From Octopus sinensis (lineage: Eukaryota), in contig NC_043014.1 in the NCBI RefSeq assembly GCF_006345805.1, positions 3,224,001 through 3,288,000 on the forward strand: a stretch of DNA of 64,000 nt, in the 5' to 3' direction. How positions within the stretch are numbered: position 1 is the stretch's first letter; each line of letters opens with the position of its first letter. The notes under the pieces are model-generated. The model ran no database searches. It had not been told where the DNA came from and saw only the letters and a program-made list of their open reading frames with translations. Below, piece by piece: positions 53,760 to 64,000 of this stretch. The position numbers were made by a program, and so were the translations under genes.

Positions 53760-54092
53760 TATTTTCATTTACATTTTTTTGTCCCTATTCACCAAGATAT
53801 CCCTGTTGCTCTCAAATCATGGTATAAAATTTTCTAAAGCTCTCAGAATCTATACCTATATCTTACAGAAGACAATCGATATCTATATCTTAGAGACAAT
53901 CCATACCTACATTTTGTAGACAACCCTGCTACCCTGAATTTGTATTTCATTTAAGAGAACCCCTTACAATTGGAATTCAATATCTTCTTTGTTTCAAACC
54001 CATTCTCTTTGATTATTTCAGATCTATAAAAGACTAAAAGGAGAAAAGCAAGACAACAAAAGACTTTCATTCTCAGATATTTGATTCCAAAA

Positions 54093-54267
54093 ATGGATAC
54101 GAGCAGCCAAGAATTAGACGAGTTATGCGATAAAAGGTCATCTTTGAGACGTTCTTACAGTGAAGAAATGACCAGCAGTACTTTGGCCAATCCTTTCCAG
54201 AAGCCATGCTGTTGTTGTTACATTCCAAAGAGATATATTTTGGCATGTATGGCCTTTCTTGGGTTCG
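54093..54267 (+). CDS. First coding exon of an SLC17-family (sialin/VGLUT-like) MFS anion transporter; gene continues beyond the window
   Basis: MDTSSQELDEL...KPCCCCYIPKRYILACMAFLGF matches the SLC17 TM1 entry (sialin CCSARYNLAILAFFGF; VGLUT PxRYIIAIMSGLGF). Perfect donor G|GTGAGT at 54268 (phase 1); acceptor TTTCATTCTCAG at 54076. Confidence 0.8.
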
Positions 54268-54609
54268 GTGAGTCATTTATGCTTTTGGTCATTTTCGTGA
54301 AGGTTCAAATTTTTGCATTGATTTCCTTTTGTTTGTAATATAGTTCGTTTTTGCTTGTCTTTGTCTTTTAACTCCTTCATTGTGTCAATGAGTAACATTA
54401 CACACACACACACACACACACTTGTCTATGTGTGTATCTGTGTGTGTATAACTAGTGAAAAACAGAGATATAGTGATATCTGTACCTCCATTCTTTGTCA
54501 TATTATACTCCATGACTGAAAGAAACTTCTCAGATTTTTAAGTTTGTTTGCAACAAATACTTTTACCGAAGAACTGTTCCTTTCTGTACAGTCTCCTATA
54601 AATAAATAA

Positions 54610-54681
<72 letters not shown>

Positions 54682-54740
54682 ATATATATATATATATATA
54701 TATATATAGATACATATACATTTATATATATATATATTTA

Positions 54741-55275
54741 GGTCTCACTGAGGATGACTAGAGACCGAGACCTCTGGAAGTGTGCTGTGCGCGAGAAGAC
54801 TCAGCAGGACAAGTGAGTCCATAACCCGTGGCCTTCTACATCGGATGGAGCCAGCCTACGTATGCATACCTTCCCTTCTTGGGACACAAAACTCTACTTG
54901 TGAAGACCTGTTGAAGCAAGTGAGGATCAGAATCGAAATCGATCAATGGAAATTGCAGATGTGTTACCAGTGCCGGTGGCACGTAAAAAGCACCATCCAT
55001 TCGTGTCCGTTGCCAGCCTCGCCTGGCCCCCGTGCCGGTGGCACATAAAAAGCACCATCCGTTCATGGCCGTTTGCCAGCTCTGTCTGGCACCTGTGCAG
55101 GTGGTACGTAAAAAGCACCCACTACACTCACGGAGTGGTTGGCGTTAGGAAGGGCATCCAGCCGTAGAAACACTGCCAGATCTGACTAGGCCTGATGAAG
55201 CCTTCTGGCTTCACAGACCCCAGTTGAACCGTCCAACCCATGCTAGCATGGAAAACGGATGCTAAACGATGATGA
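54741..55275 (+). mobile_element. RTE 3' end (ORF tail plus modular UTR)
   Basis: RDRDLWKCAVREKT, then three GGCACGTAAAAAGCACC modules and a GAT tail. Confidence 0.85.
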
Positions 55276-55313
55276 TGATCATCATCATGATATATATATA
55301 TATATATACATAC

Positions 55314-55357
<44 letters not shown>

Positions 55358-55371
55358 GGGAGATTATATAT

Positions 55372-55409
<38 letters not shown>

Positions 55410-55411
<2 letters not shown>

Positions 55412-55590
55412 AGAGTTTACGCAAAAAACAAAAGACGAAGACAGGTGGTGTAGAAAACAAGCAGATGTATTAGTATAACGCTCAGGAATAGAAAAAGTCT
55501 TTTACGTTTCGAGCCTATGCTCTTCTACAGAAAGGGACACAGAAAAAAAACAAGGAGAGAAAAGAGAAAAAATGTGTGCAGTGGCTAACG
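55410..55590 (-). mobile_element. PLE-like terminus with a hammerhead-like motif (55499-55534)
   Basis: Minus strand CTTT-CTGTAGA-A-GAGC(ATAG)GCTC-GAAAC-GT-A-AAAG; flanked by (TA)n. Confidence 0.6.
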
Positions 55591-56309
55591 ATCTATCATG
55601 GTGATATATATAGATCTATCATGTTATATATAGATCTATCATGTGTATATATATAATAGATCTATCATGTGTATATATATATATTATATAATATATATAT
55701 ATATAATATATGTTATATATAATATATATATACACACACAGATATAGATATATATACATACATTACATACATACATGTATACATACATATATATAAAATT
55801 TCTGTTATTGAACAAGAAAACATGATCCTGTCCAGATTAAGAATGTAGTCTCACGAACCTTGAACTTCTCCCAACTGAATTCATTTAAATGGGCCAAAGA
55901 GGAATAATTCTCAATTTTCTTTTCTCATTTTTCCCATTCCACTTTTTTCATTTAACCTTCTTCTTGCTTTTTCTTGTGTTTTAAACAAAGACCAGTCATG
56001 TTGCCTGTTGTATATGGAGCCTGAAAAAATTTGCTTGGGACCACATAGTTGTCATGTTTTCACAGTATGGAACTAATAGTAGGTCAAATTTAAATCCTGT
56101 GTACATATATATGTATATATTATAATGGGGGAACCCAGTTTATGGGGTTACACTGGATTGGTCATTCATAAGGGAGTTGGCCTTACGGTGTATTGTCAGA
56201 CCCCAAACCCGTTGGCCTAAAAAGACCTCATCAAGATATTTTGAAGAGGTGTGAGGCCAACAGATTAGGGGGTCTAACATAGAGGGGGGGTTATTATTAT
56301 TATTATTAT

Positions 56310-56358
<49 letters not shown>

Positions 56359-56643
56359 TTTCATCTTCCAAATCCACTCACAAGGCTTTGGTTAGCCAAA
56401 AGCTATGCAAGAAGACACTTGCCCACGGTTCCACACAGTGGGACTGAACCCAGAACCATATGAATTGGAAGTAAACTTCTTAACTACATAGTCATACCTG
56501 CATTTATATACCCAAGTAAAATTGTGTATAATATAAAGCAGAGTTTCTCAAACTGGCATATACCAGGAACCAACACCACCAAAAACAGAGAAAGGGTTTT
56601 GGCCCCTCATCTTTATTAAGTAGAAAGCAAAATACAATTTATA

Positions 56644-57037
56644 TCTCTCTATATATAAAGCTGAAGTTGTCTGTGTATGGCAGGTTTGGTAGCCTTCAAC
56701 TAACACTATTTCCTCCGAGACCCTGCGTGCAAGTTGACCCAAATTGAGAGTATGATAGAAGAAGGCTTGCTCTTCCTTCCGTAGAAGAAAAAATTCAAAT
56801 CGGACCATGTTAACACCAAAATTATTTACATCAAAAAGGTGCTTTTTTTCTATGAAAAACCCTATTTTTTAACGATTTTATGACTGCTGTGTCACCATTT
56901 TTCGGCGTATTTCAACCAGAAAAATGTTCACTTAAAGAGAATAACAAGCTACATGATGCAAAATTTTTACTTTTCAAAAATTCCATTTCTAAAGGGTTTC
57001 CAAAACAAACCCGAGCTGCACCGGGTGATACTGCTAG
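56644..57037 (+). mobile_element. Non-autonomous Helitron-like element, inverted relative to 52446-52842
   Basis: A|TCTCTCTATATATAAAG ... CCCGAGCTGCACCGGG ... CTAG|T. Confidence 0.85.
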
Positions 57038-57534
57038 TCCCTATAATAGCTCTTCTTCCCACAGGTTTCTGATTTCTCAGAATTATAGCCATGGAAATAC
57101 CAAGAGAAAAAACCCAACTTAAATTTGTTAAACATGTCTGTTTCTATGGCCCTTTTCTAAACCCCAAAACCCTAACACCTTCACCTTTTCCACCATGTGA
57201 AGTATTGGTAAAGAGGGACAGTTTTGCAGCGATGTAGCACACATGCGTCTGAATAAAGTTTGCATGTTTGATGAATGCAGTTGATTGCAATTAAATGCAA
57301 CTGTTGATTGCTAGTTATTGGTGGCGCTACAGGCATACAATGTAGATATGTGAAGAATTCTGTAGTTAGGAGTCTGCTTGTCTGAATGAAGAAGCAAGAC
57401 AAAGAGCAAGAGAGGTTAGGTGAGATGAGGTGTGGTGTGAGGAGGGTATGGTGAGGTAAGACAGTTAGAAACATATTATATATATATATATATATACATA
57501 TATACATATATACATATATTATACATATATACAT

Positions 57535-57570
<36 letters not shown>

Positions 57571-57925
57571 ATATAATATATATATATATAATATATATAT
57601 ATACATACATAAATATACCACCATACATGGGTATGCTTACATATGTGCGATTGTGTGTATGTGTGTGTGTATGTATCTATGTATACTTGAAAACACATTA
57701 TATTGCATTCTGTTTAATGTGTGTGTGTTTATATACATGCCTGCAAGAATTTGTGTGTGTAGACACACATATATTGTGCACAAGTATATATATATATATA
57801 CATTGACAGATATATACACAAATACATCTATATGTATGTGTGTATATATATATATATATATTATATATATGTATGTATGTATACATATACACATATATGT
57901 ACATACAGATATATATACATATATA

Positions 57926-57969
<44 letters not shown>

Positions 57970-58706
57970 AAATTTATATGTATATAATATTTGTATATAC
58001 ACGAATATATGTATAGATGTATACATACATATATATCTATATAGTAGAGAGTGCAAAGAAATAGAAGAGAATACAAAAGAGATGAGAAAGAAAGAAGAGA
58101 AAGAAAAAAAGAAAGAAAGAAAGAGAGAAAGAAACACTAATAATGATCGAAGACTATAGCAAGACCTAAAAGGGCAAAAAAAAAAATGAAAAATGAGAGA
58201 GAAGGGGGGGTGATGGCGAGGTCGATGTGAAGAGAAGCTTCCAGAATGAATGGAGATATTTCTGTTGAAATTAGAATGTATTCAGTGAGAAATGGGTGAA
58301 TGTTGGGAATAGTTCTGATAGTCTTGTGGGGTGGTAGGATGGAAATGGTATACGTAGGTATGCTTGGGACATACCTACATGCATACACATACATACATAC
58401 ATACATACATTTAAAGATATATATATATATATTCATACATACATACATACATACATACATACATACGTATAAAGATATATATATATATATATATATATTT
58501 ACACACACATACATATATAGATAGATAGATAGATAGGTAGATAGATAATAGATAGATAGATAGATAGGTAGACAGAAATAGAGAGAGAGAGAGATATGCA
58601 TACATAGAAAATATATACATAAATATATATATATATATTTAAGCAGTATACTTATATTTATATACAAATGTATATAAATGTATATACTGTGTACATACAT
58701 ACATAC

Positions 58707-58769
<63 letters not shown>

Positions 58770-59028
58770 TTTGCATATACATATATGTATACTGTATAAA
58801 TATATATACATATAAACCTGTATAAGCATATCTGTGCGTATGTGTATATATGTGTTTGTGTGTGTGTGTATTCATTCATTGATATATGGGAGAATAAGTA
58901 AGTACTCAATACTCAATAAAAGTAGAGCAAAATATTCTGAATTATTCACAATTCTGCTTCAATTAGTCTAAAGCTTTTCTCTTCACCCAGCATCTGGCCC
59001 ATTCCCGAAACAACAAATATTCACTTAC

Positions 59029-59086
59029 AAAGATGGAATTCATGCCACGATGGTTGACCGACGAGAGAATGCATTCGGTTGCATGG
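59029..59086 (-). other. Candidate antisense exon (58 nt)
   Basis: CTTTCTGTGTCTAG acceptor and GTAAGT donor in unique sequence. Confidence 0.3.
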
Positions 59087-59122
59087 CTAGACACAGAAAG
59101 GTTATAGCTAACTGATCATCTA

Positions 59123-59405
59123 CACTGGTGATTCTCAACCAGGGACCACATGGCCCTCAGGGTTCCACATGGCGCTTGCGGGTCCACATGGCCCTCGGGG
59201 TTCCACATGGCGCTTGCTTGTCCACATGGCCCTTGCGGGTCCTCATAAAATTTCGCTGATAGAATTTACATATCATGTATTGGGTATAATTCTACAATAC
59301 ACAAAATATCTTAACAATTATTTAAAAGAATTCTTTTATGATATTTAATTATAAAAATACAATAGGATTTTTTAAAGCATTATTAAATAGCTTGGAGGGT
59401 CCACC
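59123..59405. mobile_element. hAT-like MITE remnant with internal CCACATGGC repeats
   Basis: CACTGGTGATTCTCAACC resembles hAT TIRs of the CAGTGxTTCTCAAxC type; only one end recognisable. Confidence 0.35.
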
Positions 59406-59721
59406 AAGGGAAAGGCATACTAGCCCCCGCCTCTCCACACCACTGATGTTATCCAAGGAAAAAGGCAAAGGGGCCGATACAGCTTGGCACCAGTGATGTC
59501 ACAAATCATTTCTACATATAAGTGAACTGGAGCAACATGAAATAAAGTGTCTTGCTCAAGAACACAACACACAGCATGGTCCAGGAATCGAACTCACAAC
59601 CTCACGATCGTAAGCTCAACACACTAACCACTGAGCCATGCCCCTTCACAGAGAGCCATAGGTATACATATATTGCACATGCGTCTATTAACGCAATGTG
59701 TATATGCATACATCTGCTTAC

Positions 59722-59786
59722 CGACACCAATGGCTGGCATTATTTCTAAATCTTCTCCATAATTGCAATGTCCCTGATAAAAAAAC
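59722..59786 (-). other. Candidate antisense exon (65 nt)
   Basis: CTGTTTTCAG acceptor and GTAAGC donor; frame-compatible with 59029-59086. Confidence 0.3.
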
Positions 59787-59902
59787 CTGAAAACAGTGGC
59801 ACCTTTAATTCTTTGCAGCACAAACTGTTGGAAACATTTTGGCCTGGCGCCAAGGTCTAAATGCATATACACAGACAAACACATACCTTCACTCACATTT
59901 CT

Positions 59903-59935
59903 ACATCTATCTATCTACCTATCTATCTATCTGTG

Positions 59936-59990
<55 letters not shown>

Positions 59991-60069
59991 TTATCTATCT
60001 ATCTATCTGTCTATCTATCTATCTATCTGTCTACCTATCTATCTATCTATCTGCCTTTCTATCTATCTC

Positions 60070-60136
<67 letters not shown>

Positions 60137-60141
60137 GTCTG

Positions 60142-60176
<35 letters not shown>

Positions 60177-60206
60177 GCCTATCTATCTATCTACATATCT
60201 ATCTAC

Positions 60207-60244
<38 letters not shown>

Positions 60245-60294
60245 GTCTGTCTATCTATCTATCTGCCTATCTATCTATCTACATATCTATCTAC

Positions 60295-60342
<48 letters not shown>

Positions 60343-60360
60343 ATATCTGTCTATCTATCT
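59903..60360. repeat. (ATCT)n tetranucleotide tract
   Basis: Direct inspection. Confidence 0.95.
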
Positions 60361-60958
60361 GCTTATGTGTGCGTGTGTATATGTATGTATGTATGTATAT
60401 ATGTATATATATATATGTGTGTGTGTATATATATGTATGTACATATATATATATATGTACATATGTGTAATATATATATATATATAAATACATACATATA
60501 TACATAATACACATATATATATATATATGTATGTATATATACACACCTACACACACAACATACATACACCCAACACCTTGCACACTCCTTTACACACTCA
60601 TGCACTTGTGCCTTACTCATAATTAATGTGTTTACACATTCATCTCTCACATATTTCAGTGGTCATTCATTAATCATGAGACAACCGTGATTTTTTTTAT
60701 AGTGGTGGCCATGGTGGTGATGCTGCTGTTACTGCTGTTGCTCGTGGCAGTAGTGGTGGTCATGCTGCAGTTGGTGATAATGGTCTTGTTGGTGACGGTA
60801 ATGGTGGTGGTGTTGGTGGTGGTGGTGGTGGTGGCAGTGGTTTTTTTCATCATCGTCATGGTGAACGGAAATCATTATCTTTATCAACCCAGTCATCGTT
60901 ACCATTAATCTTCATCATCATGTATCTGTGTGCAAGTATATATCTCTGTCCACATCTT

Positions 60959-60998
<40 letters not shown>

Positions 60999-61136
60999 CA
61001 TATATAAACATATATATACATACAAACACATACATATATATATGTATGTATATATTTGTAACATATATATATACATATATATATACACATATGATATATA
61101 CATAATATATATTACATATATATAGATAAATATATA

Positions 61137-61174
<38 letters not shown>

Positions 61175-62694
61175 TATATTATATATATATCGTCGTTTAA
61201 CGTCCGTTCTCCATGCTAGCATGGGTTGGACGGTTCGAACGGGGTTCTGGGAAGCCAGAAGGCTGCCAGGCTCAGTCTAATTTGGCAATGTTTCTACAGC
61301 TGGATGCCCTTCCTAACGCCAATATATATATATATATATATATAGAATATATATATATAGACTTGCACACATACATAGGTATATTTTTGGTGTATAAACA
61401 CTGCCTCATGCTAGTGACATGTAAAGGGCACCCAGTAGACTCTCACATATTTCAGTGATATATATATAGATATATAACCGTGATATATGAGTGGTTGGTG
61501 TCAGGAAGGGCATCCAGCCATAGAAACCATGCCAAAAGAGACTGGGGGTAGTTCTCTGGCCTGCTAGTATATATATATTGTTGGCATCCTTTTTATCTCG
61601 GGAGACAATGGAGTTGCATATAAAATAATCTAGTCTGTATATATATGTATGTATGCATATAGACATATATACATGTATATATATTTATACATACATATCA
61701 TCATCATCATCGTTTAACGTCTGTTTTCCGCGCTAGCATGGGTTGGACGGTTCGACCGGGGTCTGGGAAGCCAGGAGGCTGCACCAGGCTCCAGTCTGGT
61801 CTGGCAGTGTTTCTACAGCTGGATGCCCTTCCTAATGCCAACCACTCTGCGAGTGTAGTGGGTGCTTTTTACGTGCCACCAGCACGGAAGCCAGTCAAGG
61901 TGGCGCTGGCAGTCACAGATATGTATATATATGCATGTATGTATATCTATATATATAAATATATATGCCTATATATAGAGAGATATAGAAATAGATAGAT
62001 AGCTAGACAGGCAGGCAAACAGACAGATAGATAGGGCAGGAGAGGGGCTGATACACACTCACACACACATGTACGTACATATATATACATATGCACATTT
62101 GTAGTTGTGTGTGTGTATGGAGTATGTATACGGTCCTCGCAGCCTGTATCTCACCACAACACAGTAGCTTTACAACGAAACCTAGCAACACATAGGTATA
62201 TCAAGAGCAAGAAGAGGGTCCACAATGCAGCTGGGTTGCGGTCGGAGAAAAGGGTGTCGAGGGACAAGGACCACGAGGCATGAGGGGTGGGTTAGGGGTA
62301 GAACTGAAGTGGAACTAAGCTTGACATCTCTGTAATTGCATCTCCCAAACACAAAGGCATTTGTATTTTCTAGCGCTACATGTTATTGTGTGTTTCGTTA
62401 TTTCACTATCGACGTCCAAGTAATTAACCAGCTTGATTAAGATAACGAATGAACTAATCAGTTTCTTATACGCCTCGGGGGTTTCAAATGTAACCAATTT
62501 CTATGTATACACAAAGCTGACACATGTACCGAGTCTGTGTGTGTGGTGTGTGTGTGTGTGTGTGTGTATGCATGTGTGGTGTGTGTGTGTGTGTGTGTGT
62601 GCCTGTATGAAGTGTGTGGGCACATGTTTATGCATATGTATGTGTGTATATGTTTAAGTATATATAATTATGTATATTATATATGTACATATGG

Positions 62695-62752
<58 letters not shown>

Positions 62753-62821
62753 ATATGTATGCAAATATACATATGTACATTTGTATGTACATGTGTGTAT
62801 ATGTGCATATAATATATATAT

Positions 62822-63217
62822 ATGGAATGGAATGGAAGCACTCCGTCGGTTACGACGACGAGGGTTCCGGTTGATCCGAATCAACGGAACAGCCTGCTCG
62901 TGAAATTAACATGTAAGTGGCTGAGCACTCCACAGACACGTGTACCCTTAATGTAGTTCTCGGGGATATTCAGCGTGACACAGAGTGTGACAAGGCCGGC
63001 CCCTTGAAATACAGGTACAACAGAAACAGGAAGTAAGACTGAGAGAAAGTTGTGGTGAAAGAGTACAGCAGGGATCACCACCATCCCCTGCCGGAGCCTC
63101 GTGGAGCTTTGGGTGTTTTCGCTCAATAAACACTCACAACGCCCGGTCTGGGAATCGAAACCGCGATCCTATGACCGCGAGTCCGCTGCCCTAACCACTG
63201 GGCCATTGCGCCTCCAC
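62822..63217 (-). mobile_element. Chimeric SINE: family D head with family E-type tail
   Basis: D head and body 63217-63025 run directly into TATTTCAAGGGGCCGGCC...GTCGTAACCGACGGAGTGC and a (CCATT)n tail. Confidence 0.75.
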
Positions 63218-63306
63218 TATATATATATACATACACTATATATACACATACATGCATGCATGAGTGTGTGTGTGTGTGTCGGTGTCTGTCTGTGTGTGTC
63301 TGTATA

Positions 63307-64000
63307 CAGGGTGCGGTGAATAAACTGTCGTCTAAATTATGCAAAAATGAAAATAACACCGACATCTCATTGTAACAGATATATTTACCAAAATTATATA
63401 AAAATATCTTCAAATACTAAAGAGTAAATTTATCCAATAAAATCGCCATTGGCTTCAACCACGACCTCCAGGCAACTTTGGAAACTCCTGCAGCTCTTCT
63501 GGATGGGCCCCTTGTTTATGTTGGTGAATGCTGCCATAATCCTTGCCTTCAGTTCATCTTTGGTGCTACAAAGAGTTTTGTTGGTCTCTCGATCAACTAC
63601 ACCCCACACGTAATAATCAAGGGGATTGCAGTGTGGGGAGTTTGGGGGCCAGATGTTAGGGGTGATGAGGTTTCAGAAATTGTCTGACATGGTTGGGTTC
63701 TCCTGTTTATATGGCATGGTACAGAGTCCTGTTACCAGACATAGGCTCTTCCAGCAACTACCCTCTTGACCCAGGGCTGCATTATGTCCTCCAAGCACTT
63801 GATGTAGACCTCCATGTTTTGTCTGAGGCCGTGTGAGACGATGAATGGAGGCATAATGTTGCCATCACTAGTGATCCCTCCAAACACCATGATGTTGACT
63901 GGATGTTTGATTTTGATCACTCTTGGTACATGTTTTGGGGACACAGCAAGCCAATGGTTGTTCTGTGTGTTTATCACCTGTTCATATTGGAGCTTCCAGT
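63307..64000 (-). pseudogene. Tc1/mariner DD37D (maT) transposon, disrupted transposase, cut by window edge
   Basis: TA|CAGGGTG terminus. Minus strand IMVFGGITSDG...YVW*QDSVPCH...IWPPNSPHCNPLDYYVWG...EANGDFIG* (stop 63430-63432). 37 residues between catalytic Asps if a 4-nt deletion is restored. Confidence 0.9.

Noticed and set aside
62365-62415. Second SLC17 exon
   Set aside because: Phase-1 translation (ALHVIVCFVISLSTS) does not match the expected xxYxxRVNLSVA motif; no matching exon found in 54268-64000

Overview
Repeat-saturated, AT-rich eukaryotic DNA, most likely from a coleoid cephalopod (Octopus-type). This is inferred from the tRNA-derived SINE families, RTE 3' ends and extreme microsatellite load. 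Almost all ORF-track entries are microsatellite artefacts. The only recognisable host coding sequence is one exon (54093-54267, +) encoding the N-terminus and start of TM1 of an SLC17-family (sialin/VGLUT-like) transporter; the rest of that gene lies beyond the window. Other content: several SINE families, decayed LINE fragments (RTE, CR1-like, R4-like), DNA transposon remnants (mariner MITE, DD37D/maT, piggyBac-type MITEs, Helitrons) and Penelope-like (PLE) termini. Most notable: (1) five fold-back elements from unrelated families, several carrying hammerhead-ribozyme folds, including a G3-C8 core-swapped variant inside a 148-bp palindrome and a complete type I fold in a 196-bp hairpin; (2) a young ~378-bp x 11.3 tandem array with an LTR-like TG...CA signature; (3) two inverted Helitron copies bracketing the SLC17 start exon; (4) a possible antisense exon pair in the SLC17 intron. 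No searches or folding programs were run. SINE/LINE boundaries are approximate.
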